64,000 nt of DNA from Asterionella formosa (lineage: Eukaryota). Location of the stretch: assembly GCA_002256025.1 (NCBI GenBank), contig NKIB01009642.1, positions 1-64,000 on the forward strand, read 5' to 3'. How positions within the stretch are numbered: the stretch's first letter is position 1; the number at the start of each line of letters is the position of its first letter. The translations under genes were made by a program, and so were the position numbers. Under the pieces are notes generated by a model. It did no database searches and was not told where the DNA came from. It worked only from the letters and a program-made list of their open reading frames with translations. Of this stretch, positions 35,235 through 47,336 are shown one piece after another.

Positions 35235-38200
35235 TCAATTCGAAGCCTTCATTAACGTTCCACTGAGGACGCTAAGCGAGTGGATCTGCACACTAACAGC
35301 CTTCGCTCCCATTGCCTTGCTGAAACTGAGTAACCTCAAAATAAACAAATGTGTGCTTGACAAAGGCATTTCGCCTGTATCGTCACTTATTTCATCGATG
35401 AGTGAAACGGAGAGCTCGGCGTGCTCTCGAACCCATTCGCAAGTGTCGGCGTCTAGAAGTCCCATTACTTTTCTAATTTGTGCAGATCGTTTCACATTCA
35501 GAACATGATTGAGTCGACGGCAAACTATGCCAAGACCATCTTCAACAAATCGATTAAGGTCCATAACCTGTGCACTCCTTGTGACGAGAGCATCTACAAC
35601 TGTGTCCTTGCCAAGTTCGTACATGGCCAAGAAAAAGATGGTGCGTACATCGCGAACCTCAATTCCCCACAGCTCGGCGAGCACCTCGATTTCACCTAGA
35701 TGATAGTTGTCTATGATTGTCTCGCTTGTCAACCGACACGCCTGATTTATACTGGCTTTTTCTAGGAATTCAATTTGCTTTTCCACATCCCCCATTAAAC
35801 CGAATGAAGGATCAAAAATTGAAGTAGGTAGAAACGCTTCATAAAAACCATTGACACAAATCGCAAGATTTTCATGGTCTTCTGATACCATACAACCACA
35901 TATTATCACACGATGGAAGTCCAGAGCGTTGATGTTTGGTTTATGGAATTTTTCCACAAGACGTTTCAGGATAAAATCTTCTTTAACTGGTGGCCACGTA
36001 CCACTAGCGTCGCCATGTGGTGCTGACTGAAAGCCTGGTTCTGTACAATTATCTAACTGACCAGAGCGATAAAGGAGAGACAACACTTCAAGACTGACCT
36101 TTCCAAAACTTTGCAGCCAATCTGAGTCTAAGAACAGTGGGCTAATAAAATCCTCAAGGACGTCATGCACATCATGGAATCCAAAGAAAAGGGCCCGAAA
36201 GACTGGCCTAACACAAGTTTGCCATACTTCCAGTCGAACAGCAGCGGCCAGATTATTATACGGGCCTTCTTCTTCGACAAATGATAAAGCTTCAGTGCAA
36301 TCCTGCAAAAGCTCCAGATTAGACGGCTTGATTAACATGGTGTCATAAGAAAGTTGAGACAAAATAACTGAGTGGAAGACATGCAAACATCCATTTGTAT
36401 ATAATTACCTCATTTTTCCATTTCCCTGCCAACAAAAGGGCTCTGTGAGCAACTAGCAAAGAAGGATTGTTGTGGCTTCCAAGATATAACAAAAGTGCAC
36501 CTTGGACATTGTCATCAAAGTCGACTAGATATTCAGCACGTTCCTCTTCGCTTATGGCAGTCGCCAAGCAAGCCAGCTGAAGTAATTTCCATCGCAAAGG
36601 ATTGTCTCCAACAGAAGTGGATGGGTCAAATGCAATTCCACTTCCCTTACAAGTCTTCTCCAATGCAACAATGACAGCGTGCTTGTGACCGGAAATGAGC
36701 TCATCTCTCGCGACCCATTCGTAAACGCTAAAGGTGTCGTTGCTTTCTACATTCTCCACAGTGATTGGGAAAGTGCCCAAATTCATGCCATACAAGCGTA
36801 ATGATACAAAGAGACAAACTCGAATCTTTCTGAGCAAAGTTTCCCATGGGTGCACTACGAGAGCAACAACGTGAGTGGGAAAAAGTACGTGACATCTTGA
36901 AGTAGGGGTCCCGAATCTTTTATCACTCACCGCACGCGTCTCTACTGATTTTTCCGAACGTTTTCAGTTCCTTCTTCTTCGCTACAACGGAAACAGCTTC
37001 TCGACACAGAGACGAGAGAGTGAACGTTCTAACTAAGTCATCTGATGACGAACAAAACTTGTGTAGAGATCCAAGAACGACAAAATCATTCTCAGAATTG
37101 CTAGCAACATGAATGCTGATCTGGCGGTTCACGATTTCTTGAAGCCAACGTGCCATTGGCGAGTACAAGCCAAAGAATGCCTTGTTCGCTGCTTCTTTGG
37201 CAGGAATGCTCATAAACCATTCACCAAAGCACTAAAGTGGAATAAATAGATAAGATACGTATTCGTCTAGACAATGGGTTCACAAAGAATTGAGAGAACT
37301 TACTGTTTGCAAGTATTCAATATCATCTCTGAGGCCTAGGTGCTCGAGAATGGAATTCGTTACGTTGAAAGAAAAGATGTCACTTAACAGCGGTTTGAAT
37401 ATATGTACAAGGAGTTCCTTCCTTGTCCGGGAACTGTCGCTGAAGTAGATCGTATAACGCTTTGACTCCTTGTCTTTCACATTAATTTGGTCACGGGGAG
37501 AGCACGAACTTGCAAAGGTTGCGAATCGTGCAACTGCCCGTTTTTTAGTGATAACACAGTCGTCCAACGTACCCCCAGAAACGGTCTCAGCCGTCATCAG
37601 CCACGAAATAGCTTCGTCTGACCAAGGGGTTAGTGGTACATTGTTTACTTTTTCTTCCTCGACTTCGCCATCACCATTGAGTTCATATTCATACAAGACT
37701 TCGTAAGCTTTAACAAGCTAACGTTGAAGGAGGTGAGACATTCCAAAATTCATCGGTAGCTTGTCAATTTTGAGGTTTGAACTTACCTGCGAATGAAACT
37801 TGATACTGGACGACAGCGTTTGGATCTGAGGGTTATTGGTGTCAGCTCCAATGCCAATACTGGAAGAATCTAATAATTGCTTACAATGTGCCAATGCAAG
37901 CCTCTGGAATTCAGCCCCATTAACGCTCATTCTTTCAGCAAGAGATGAAGAAACTGAGAGAAGATCAAGTGCTATGCACAGATCCTTCAAATTGATAATG
38001 TTTGTCAAAGCTTCAAAAACATTTTGTTTTTGGCACGGAACATTGGTTTCAGCTAACAGCTGCTGCAATGTTTGCAACCTCATGGCCGCAGCTTGAATAG
38101 AGGTACTCGAGCCGATTCTTGTCTGATTTTTGTCCAATGGAATAATATCAGCATCTGAATTTGCATTTGCTTTCGGTCTGAGCAATTCCAATTGATTTAT

Positions 38201-39850
38201 TGGCGACCCAGGCGTAGAGTTTTGTAGAAGCATGCAACCGACAGAGTAGCGTGTCTTGCATGGGACAAGCTGCGCGTCTCGACCTACTTGTATGGATTGA
38301 ATTTTTTCAGCATGTCTTATTTTCCATATATCAACCGTTCGTCGTTGTCTTGAATGTATGACAATATATAAAACACACTTTCCGTCTTGTGATGTGTCTT
38401 CCATCCAGCAACAGGAGGCTTCACGAACTCCTTTCCAAATCCTGACCACCTGTTTGGTGGACAAATCGATTAGAAGAACTCTCCCAAGTGCATCTGTTGT
38501 CGCTGCAAGGTTTCCTTCGGGATCAATTGACACAGACGTCACAAGTCGTGGCGCATCATGAAGCTCGTATCCAGAATAGAGCTTGTATGGTTCGTTATGC
38601 ATTGTTGAGAAGTGCCCTGGGGCATCTGGCTCTTCTTCCACCTCTTCTTCCATTGAGTGCTTCATAGCAATGCCTTTCGATTGAGTATTATCATTGCGCT
38701 TTCTACCCCCAAATCCCCATTTGACGACACCAATGGCCGCTCCAAAAACTCCTCCCATAATGGCTGTTGTAGCTTCGATCGCGTTGTCAAAAAGGACCGA
38801 TTCTTCATTCAAAGGTTGTTTATTTCTTCCGTCCGAGTCGCCCGATGTCCTTCCCCTGAACTGGTCTTCAGATGTATAAAAGGAAATAGTGGGCGCGAGA
38901 TCACCAAATCCAGTCGCTGTCGCTCCTCCGTAAGATAATGCTTCATAGACCTCGGGCACACTATCCTCTTCCTCATCTGACATGAGCGATGATGGCACGC
39001 TTTTATCAAAATCATCCGGCTTCCAGGGAATCAATGGTGACAATGGCGATGGATGATATTTTGGCAGCGCAACAACAAAAATGTCTGTTCCAAAGGATGC
39101 CGGAGGGAGCACGACTTGCGCTCGAACTAACCTATCGGAGTGCTCTTTCCATAGGTCATTATCGTGAAATTTTGAAGGGAAAAATGATGCTGAGGGTAAG
39201 CGCACGAGGTTACCGTCTTTGTAGGATATCCACACGACATTCTTGCTTTCGATGTTGTATTGATCGATTGTGTGGACACCTCCCTTTGGTCGAAATGCTG
39301 TGGTTCGCTTCGTCGCCCTAACTATTGCTGCTTTGCTGTCATGTCTAGAAACATTCAAAGCTTCTGAATGGGAAGAATCTTCCTGAGAATCTTTTGGTAA
39401 ATCCAATGGTAGTGGTTCGAAATGGAGAGCATTCGCCGCACTTGGTCGAACCAACATCATCAAACTAGAGTCGATCATCATCTCTACGGAAAGGATCCGA
39501 GAAAACGAAGTTCCGACAACTACCGCTAAGCGGTGAGAATCTTCAGAGGTGACGATTGCTAAGGAAGTGATCAGTTCCTCATCTGGTTTTGCTTCGCCTT
39601 GGGGAGGTAGACAAAGAACTTCTTCCGGCTCACCTACTGCAGAATCCGTGTGAATTTGGGCGGATACGCATCGTTTTGTTTGGCTGATCAAGAGAGAAAC
39701 ACCATCAATAACAAGCACTGACACTTTCGGTGGGTGAGGGTGACCAAAGTAGGCATCGGGAGACTCTGGTAGGAACGATTCAGAACGTTGTACATGCTCA
39801 AGGAGTTTTGAACAGTTCATTCGAATTCCAGTACTGTTTTTCTCGTGCAT
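35235..39850 (-). CDS. RAB3GAP2: Rab3 GTPase-activating protein non-catalytic subunit-like, multi-exon
   Basis: DAPR..SVSIDPEGNLAATTDALGRVLLID...VVRIWKGVREASCCW matches RAB3GAP2_N. Five consecutive minus-strand ORFs are separated by short introns (e.g. donor at 37786). Start and some junctions are approximate. Confidence 0.8.
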
Positions 39851-40802
39851 TTCTCGTCTGATCAATGACAAGAACGTCAGAAGTCTTAACTTTCAAATGG
39901 GGTTGATTATGAGATGCAATATACGGACTATTAGAAAAGTTGACGCCGACAAGAAGGGGTCGAAGGAAGCTTTATTGAATGATTTCGTGTCATTTCTTGT
40001 CTTTCCAATGTTGTGCTCCTTGCTTGTGCGCATGATACCTTGGGAGTACCAGGGTATTTATTTCGGAATTGCTTGACCACAACAATCCTCATCAGCAAGT
40101 ACGAGGTGAGTCTACCATCTGTAACTGTACGCATAATGTACGATAAAAATGATCTGTGAAATGTACCAGTGTGGATGTGGTAAGATATGTTTGCAGGTGA
40201 CACGTATGATGTACGTGTAAAAATATGACAAGTTGACTATGAGGAGGATTTAAGGGGTACCTGGTACCAAGGACAGGTATTTTGGTACCAGTTACCATGT
40301 ATACCGGTACATACCTGACAACGGTATTTTGAAAGAGTCGGACATCGCACCGCCATTTGAAATACCGGTACCGGTACTGGTACTCTATGTAGCTATAGTA
40401 CTGGTACCGATGCAAACGAAAAACATTGATAGCTACATAAATATGAGAAAACATTTTAGTGCACCCCAGTATATACCAGTAGTGTAGAGTAAAAGTTTGT
40501 TTCAATTTTATCTTGTCTATTTGTTTCTCTTGCTATACTGTGGTGGACTGGCGGCCACTGGCATGACAGATTCTGTTCGTATTTCTTTGTCTTTGACCCA
40601 TGGCCATCTAGGTCTGGCACAAGGGTTACAGCTTTGTTAGAGGATTGATTCCTTTGAATACATTACATAATGTCCCTTCCATTAACATTGACAATCCGCC
40701 TTTTACTTAATTAACAAAAACTAAGATTATATCTTTTAGATCCAGCGTAATTAATATCATTTCGGATTTTGATGTTACATACAAAGAAGAATATCAACAC
40801 CA

Positions 40803-42992
40803 TCAGAAACGGCCCCGCTTCTCTTTCTTGGATTTTTCTGCTTGACCGGGCTTCCGCTTCGCTGTGTCTCTCGGGAAAAGCTCGAATAAGGATCTCATTC
40901 GTCGCTCAGCTCTATCGAATGCCGCAGCCTGAGATGATAATTGGTATTGACCCTTGGCGACAACAACCCACCCATAGATCAAGGTCGTTACGTCGTCCTT
41001 CCAGCCAAACGCGCTTGTGTGTTCCACTAGATGTTTCGATTCGTGCTCTTTGAATGATACCTTGTCACTGTATTTTATCACGCTATCGAATACCACCCAA
41101 CCAACTCTCTTTACGAGACCAGAATCAAGACGAACGAAATTGCCCAGCGAGCTGATACCTGCATCACCGCTGCCTGATTGCAATATTTCAATGCGTTTCC
41201 CAAGTAATGATGAAGGCAGATTGTATGCTCGTGTTTCGATCGACTTGCTTCCATCAAGAAGCAAGCTTGCCCAGGGCTCTTGCATTTCTAATCCAACGAG
41301 CGCTGTATTCCATCCATTCCAGTCTGCCTCCTTTGCGTGGGGATCTGAATTGGCATCGACAGGGTATTTCAATGTTTTCAGATTGGGTAGATCGCATTCT
41401 TTTGAAGTTTCAAATGCCTTACCGAATGCCCTCAGTTCAGATGCAATTGCACTTACATCGGCAATCATTCGGGAATGCCCTGCTTCGCTTGAACATGATG
41501 CAAAATAAAACGGAATGGGAAGTGGGCGACTTTCGTGATCAATCTTGGTAAACGCATGGTCTTTCTCACGTTTCCCCCACAGTTCTCTCATTTTTGCACG
41601 CTCGTCAAGTAACCCCGCCAAGGATTCAAACATGTCTGAGTTTTCACTCGCTCGAGACACCAGCTCTTCTAAAGTTACTAACGCCTTCTTTCGCTTGTCT
41701 CTTAATTTTCGTTCTTCACGAGAAACCGTATTTTGAGAAATTTCCATTTTGCATTTTCCTTCGGCACCCAATCGTAATAATTCAATAGTTTGTCTTGTCC
41801 TTTCTTCTAGCTGGGACCAATAACCTAGGATCTGTTGTATTGGTTCTCCCCAGGACTTCCACAACAGATTGTAGTGTTTCGTTCCTTGAACAAAGAATTG
41901 ACGGATCCATTCCGATTCTATGTCTGTCAAAAGGAGCTGTTCAGATCTCCACACTTTAATTCCCTTCTTGTGGAAGCTCGCAACTGTACTCTTGCATCGT
42001 TCCAAGACATAGGAAACATTGTGGGAGTCTCGGAGTAGTCGGTGTGTAGATGAATAGCGAACGCCTTCGACTTCACCTTCCGCCAGTACCACATGCTGGT
42101 GATGGTGATTAAAATCGTCAAGTAAGTAGTAAGTTGATCTGGATGGTAGAGAAACCGCGATCGGTGGAGTCTCAGTTACAATGGATGATACAATGTCAGT
42201 TCCCCGACGTGAGGCTTGCGGGCCTTCCGAATTGTGAGCTACACGAAGCCCGATCGACCATTTACCTTTCTCATTTCCCTCGTGAGATAATGTTTGATAC
42301 ACGGCAATGGAGGAGTAGTGTTCTAGACTAGAATCTGCATGCCAACTTACGGAGCACCGTCCTTCCCCAGTCGATGGTTCTGGCTTTAGGTCCGTTGAAC
42401 ACTCCATCCTATTTATCAAGCAAATATCAAACCCAGCCCTTCCTTTGACCGGCTGCCCATTACGTTTCCGTCTTGTCTGATCCAATTCCGTAAGATGCCT
42501 CGATAGCCTCTTCGTTAAATGCTGATTGAGTAATTGAATACTTTGCAAGGCCTTCTGCACTTTTGCATCTTTTTCATGCAACCCATCCCAAGGATGCCCG
42601 AACAGTCGAAGGCCCAAATACTTGTATGTTGTTCCTCTCTCTCCTAAGAGACACCGCGTTACGTACGTCGTAGCACATTTTGTTCCTAAACCGAACGGCT
42701 GCGTCACATCAGTGCGGAAAAAATGACTAGCCTGGAGCTGCTCGAGTGATGCTTCGATTTCGACATGAGCAACAACGGTTTCCTCAGGAGTATCAACAAC
42801 AAATCCTTCATACGAAGTTTTCAGTGCTATCTGGAATGATTTGTGGTATTTTCCCTCGTCTCGTAAGAAGCGTCCATCGGGTACTTGACAGTCACAAGGA
42901 AATGGCAAGGGCAAGGAGTCCGGATTTGTCAATGTTGAATGCCCCACAACGCGCGTTTGGCTCTGTTTGCCTTTGTTCTTTCCTTTTCCCAT
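40803..42992 (-). CDS. FTO: FTO-family 2OG/Fe(II) dioxygenase with C-terminal ASCH domain
   Basis: VTRCLLGERGTTYKYLGLRLF, CLINRM, VSWHADSSL (HxD), HHQH, RYSSTHR and FTO C-terminal EWIRQFFVQG. Then LEMQEPWASLLLDGSKSIETR (ASCH). Start MGKGK at 42992 is assumed. Confidence 0.9.
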   Translation of the reverse strand: MGKGKNKGKQSQTRVVGHSTLTNPDSLPLPFPCDCQVPDGRFLRDEGKYHKSFQIALKTSYEGFVVDTPEETVVAHVEIEASLEQLQASHFFRTDVTQPFGLGTKCATTYVTRCLLGERGTTYKYLGLRLFGHPWDGLHEKDAKVQKALQSIQLLNQHLTKRLSRHLTELDQTRRKRNGQPVKGRAGFDICLINRMECSTDLKPEPSTGEGRCSVSWHADSSLEHYSSIAVYQTLSHEGNEKGKWSIGLRVAHNSEGPQASRRGTDIVSSIVTETPPIAVSLPSRSTYYLLDDFNHHHQHVVLAEGEVEGVRYSSTHRLLRDSHNVSYVLERCKSTVASFHKKGIKVWRSEQLLLTDIESEWIRQFFVQGTKHYNLLWKSWGEPIQQILGYWSQLEERTRQTIELLRLGAEGKCKMEISQNTVSREERKLRDKRKKALVTLEELVSRASENSDMFESLAGLLDERAKMRELWGKREKDHAFTKIDHESRPLPIPFYFASCSSEAGHSRMIADVSAIASELRAFGKAFETSKECDLPNLKTLKYPVDANSDPHAKEADWNGWNTALVGLEMQEPWASLLLDGSKSIETRAYNLPSSLLGKRIEILQSGSGDAGISSLGNFVRLDSGLVKRVGWVVFDSVIKYSDKVSFKEHESKHLVEHTSAFGWKDDVTTLIYGWVVVAKGQYQLSSQAAAFDRAERRMRSLFELFPRDTAKRKPGQAEKSKKEKRGRF

Positions 42993-45267
42993 CAATCTAC
43001 TGGTACAGAATTCTAAGGGGGGGGGGGAGCAAGTGGCACGTGAACTGGAAATCAGCTCGTTAGATACAAGAAAGTACCGGTAAAACAATTCGACCCGAAG
43101 AACAAAATTGGTGGTGAATTCTTGTTGTGAGCCCATCATTCGGATGGCTGCTTTGGTGATGACCACATGCAAAAATGCGAACACATGATGTACCGGTACC
43201 GGTATGTCTGGCTGAAACAAAATAAATACCGGCATATGTACATGCCGGTATGTCCGTACGTTCGCATGTGCATCTTTGATGAATGGCCAGACTAAAAAAG
43301 GTCAACAAAAGTCTATCATACATGTGGTGTTTCTTCACATTTTGGGGGATAAACATACTACCGGTATGACATATTGATGCATCATGTTGGGGATTTATTG
43401 TGAGCAAATGGAACATGGGTTATTTTCCGTCTATGCATGATAGCCTGCTGATTTTTCAAACCCGCATACATAGTCACACAAAACGATTGATGCGACAAAG
43501 TATTCAGAGGCGGTAATACCAGGTATAATTCCAACAAAAGTATACAAAAAGAAGTTGTTCACAATGATCCGCCCACTAGTAGCTAGCTACTAGGAGTAGG
43601 AGGCATTCGGCTGTCCTTTCACCCAAAAAATGTGTTTGAACACACTTCTAATTCATTCACCACGAATGGTGGCTACCAGCTGGCACGCGATGCGTTCTTA
43701 TTGGCAATGGGATGAAATACTCATGCCCACACTGCAAACAATCTGACGACACACGCCTTCTCCTCATTTGCCACTCTCCCAAAATCATGTGGCAATGCTA
43801 GAAATTCAAGTATGACATGATACTTTGCCTCCAAACTCAACTAGATTAAAGTGGGCAAGCTAGTGAGTCCAGTTTTTATGGAATACTACAAGCATCTATT
43901 TTCCGAAGATACCACTTGTTCATTTGATCCTGCTTTTACACCTCGTACAGCCCAATCAACGAAAGATTTTTTTACTAGCAATTATCCATCAAGATTTTAT
44001 CGGACACAGCCACACTAACAAGAATGCATGACTAGTATATAAGCTCATCTCCTTGGTTACCCACAACGAAGAGGGTAGAAGAAGACCCTAGAGACTGGCC
44101 GTCAAATGAGGCTACTACACAAATTTGGATTTTTTCTAAAAATACCCGCATAGAACGGAATGTGATTCTTCACAAAGAATCTAGTAGAAATATTGCCAAC
44201 TCTGATCTGAAGCAGAAAATTCGAAAATTATCACACCAACCAGGGACTGATTTGCACTCGCTGTGCACACCTTTTCCAAATACAAGTGTTTGTACCACTC
44301 CTCTTGGCACGAGCAAAAAAGAGGACTGTTTTGGAAAAAGTGGAGTTCCTCTATGCAACCTCTGCTACACTCGCTAAACACCAGGCAGGGGAACTTCCAA
44401 TCCACAAGTTTTTCGTGTCCGGATCTATGCAACCACAACAACCCAGACCACCTTGAGTGTGGCCAGTACTTTCTCCAAAAGTACAAACAACCTCAAACCT
44501 GGTCAATAAGGATGCTCATGGCGCTTAAACATTGTCAACCCATTTTTATTGACTGGTGGCCAACCATTCTTGATTGCAACAAGCTGTGCAAAAAGGAAGA
44601 GTGTCACCTGGTAGTGAGACAATCATCCCAAGATCAAGAATTTTGTTTCTCCCGCCATTCATTCAAGATTGGGCATCCAAACACACCTCCTCTGCTGCAT
44701 TGAAATGATTGTCACCATGTCTGTTGGGTTGATCCTTGCAGAAACAGCCACCAAGGGGAGCCATGCAAAATATTCTATTCCAGTACTAGTATAGTTTTTA
44801 AGACCCCATAAAAATGATGTTAAATATAAATATATCTTTGGATCTTCGCCTGCAGTTACTATTCTACATGATCATTACAATCACTATGCATTCAATTTGT
44901 TAACATGGCTGTCACGCGCAAAGGAAATAACGATTTCAACATTCCTAATTCTATCGTGTATTACGCACGACTGAAAAAGAATGAGAATGAATATGTCATG
45001 TCTTTACGTTATGTATGATAGCTATGGCTGATCGTCACATGATTGTATTTCTCGCTGCTGACGCATGTGCGTGGTTTTCTTCTCGCCAACGCACAACAAA
45101 ACATATGATGATGGGGGATAAAGATCGTTGCTCCGCCAGACTGGTGGAAATGACTACCGGTATGCAGGGTCAAATTAATCTCTCAACGACAGATGTGAAG
45201 ACACAATACTCGTCAATGACAACAAAACAACAGAATAGCATTAGATCACCCAGGACGATAGAATATC

Positions 45268-47310
45268 ATGAGAAGTCTCAAATCTTTGGCATCCTTGCTC
45301 TTAGCAGGGAGTTCGCCTCCACAATCCATCCGCGAAATGGTTCAGCCGATTAAAGATATGTATAATGAGTTGGAATCTGGTGCCAGAAGATACAAGGAAT
45401 ACTCTCCAACGATCAAATTTTCATTCGTCGAACCTCAAGATGAATCTTCTAGGTTCGAAGGAAAGCCTATTGCTGTTTACCTACCCGGGCTGGACTGTTT
45501 CGGCATTTCCGCCGTTTCGCAATTTTCTGATTTGTCCAGGACCTTTGACTTGTGGCGTATGACGGTATCGGTTGACGATCGTTCATCTTTTGGAGACCTA
45601 TCTACCGCTGTTTCCATGTTCATTGACGATGTAACGCTAGATACTGGGAAAAAAGTAACCTTGATTGGCGAATCTTTTGGTGGTTTGTTGGCTCCCGTTG
45701 TTGGTCTTCGGCTTCAAAATTCAGCAGAACGTGAGGGGCGCGAGAATCCTGTGGAAGGTATGGTACTTGTAAACCCAGCGACCTCTTTCGATAGCACAAA
45801 CTGGGATACTTTGGGTCCCCTTCTTGCTTCACTTCGATTGCTGGAGACCGATGGCGCATCTAAGCTCGGGGCCACACCGTATACAGTTGCTGGGGGTTTA
45901 GCCCTTTCATTCCTGATTCCGGATAGGAAGCAGTTTGATCAGATTCTCTCTCTGATACTAGGTCTTCCCCTGGAAAGTCTAACAAATCTCCCCGACCTTC
46001 TTACTGGAATGAACGAAGGATTTTCGATCCTTGGCAACAAGTTGCCCGCTGAACTGATCGAGCATCGAGTGACTCGGTGGTTACCGGTGGGAACTCAAAT
46101 AATAAATCCTAGACTATCAGGTATCAATATTCCCACATTAGTCATCGCCGGCGAGGAGGATAATTTCCTACCTTCAACGGAGGAAGCGGATCGACTTGTG
46201 AAAATCATGCCAAACTGTAAGAAGCTGTCAGTCAAGGGCTCAGGGCACTTCATTCTCGATAATCGAATCAATCTTACGGAGGCAATCATCTATTCAGACA
46301 TAAATCCTCTCCAGAGAATGGAAGACAAGTACGATCCCATTACTGATTGGGCACTGCCTCCTCAAGATGATTTTCGCATGATAGTAGATAAACGCGTTCA
46401 ACCCATACGCCGACTGACGAGCCCTGTTTTCTTCAGCACCGACAACAATGGTAACCGGTGGAAGGGATTGGGACGCCTCCCCTCAGGTGGACCTCTAGTT
46501 TTCGTGGCAAATCATCAATTGTTTGGATTGGACCTTGGAATGATTGTTGCCCAGTTGATTGAAGAGCGTGGGATTGCTGTTCGTGGGTTAGCTCATCCCA
46601 TCTTATTTTCCAACACTACAAATTCGCGCCCTAATAGTAGGGCGAAAAATGGATTAAGAGAAGAGGAGACAACAAACCCCTTAGACAGTAAGCTATTTCA
46701 ACAATTTGGCGCTGTCGAAGTGTCTCCTCGGAATTATTATCGCATTTTACAGACTGGCCAAAACACTTTACTGTTTCCTGGCGGCGTTCGCGAGGTGTTT
46801 CACGGGAAGGATGAGGCATATACACTTTTTTGGCCTGACAAAGTTGACTTTGTTCGCACCGCTGCTCGATTCAATGCAACTATTATCGCTTTAAGTGCCG
46901 TTGGAGGCGCAGATAGCGTCAAAATCTTAATGGATGCTCCAGATATAGCCAAGCTACCTTTTATCGGGAAGGGGGTTGCTCAGTCGTCGGCCAACACTCC
47001 TGCTGCCCGATTCGACGCAAGTAATGAGGACGAATTATTCATGCCGCCATTTATTGTCCCTGGAATTCCGGCTCGTCACTACTTCGTGTTCGGAAAGCCA
47101 GTATCCACCACTGACATCAACCCCAAGGACAAGGAGGGTTGCGAGCAAGTTTATCGAGCTGTCAAGAGCGAATTGGAGAGAGGATTGCACGACATTCTGC
47201 GAGCTAGAAAACATGATCCCTACGTTGATTCGATCAAGAGGTTGGCACTTGAACAAGTGACCGGAAAGAGGGCCCCAACATTTTCAGTAAACGAGTTGAA
47301 CAAGTTGTAG
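45268..47310 (+). CDS. Phytyl ester synthase-like acyltransferase (alpha/beta hydrolase + DAGAT-like domain)
   Basis: YLPGLD, GESFGG, LVNPATSF and GHF, then FVANHQLFGLD, RGLAHP, LFPGGVRE and FVRTAARF. Confidence 0.9.
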   Translation: MRSLKSLASLLLAGSSPPQSIREMVQPIKDMYNELESGARRYKEYSPTIKFSFVEPQDESSRFEGKPIAVYLPGLDCFGISAVSQFSDLSRTFDLWRMTVSVDDRSSFGDLSTAVSMFIDDVTLDTGKKVTLIGESFGGLLAPVVGLRLQNSAEREGRENPVEGMVLVNPATSFDSTNWDTLGPLLASLRLLETDGASKLGATPYTVAGGLALSFLIPDRKQFDQILSLILGLPLESLTNLPDLLTGMNEGFSILGNKLPAELIEHRVTRWLPVGTQIINPRLSGINIPTLVIAGEEDNFLPSTEEADRLVKIMPNCKKLSVKGSGHFILDNRINLTEAIIYSDINPLQRMEDKYDPITDWALPPQDDFRMIVDKRVQPIRRLTSPVFFSTDNNGNRWKGLGRLPSGGPLVFVANHQLFGLDLGMIVAQLIEERGIAVRGLAHPILFSNTTNSRPNSRAKNGLREEETTNPLDSKLFQQFGAVEVSPRNYYRILQTGQNTLLFPGGVREVFHGKDEAYTLFWPDKVDFVRTAARFNATIIALSAVGGADSVKILMDAPDIAKLPFIGKGVAQSSANTPAARFDASNEDELFMPPFIVPGIPARHYFVFGKPVSTTDINPKDKEGCEQVYRAVKSELERGLHDILRARKHDPYVDSIKRLALEQVTGKRAPTFSVNELNKL

Positions 47311-47336
47311 GTAGCATTTAATACCGATAATCAATT

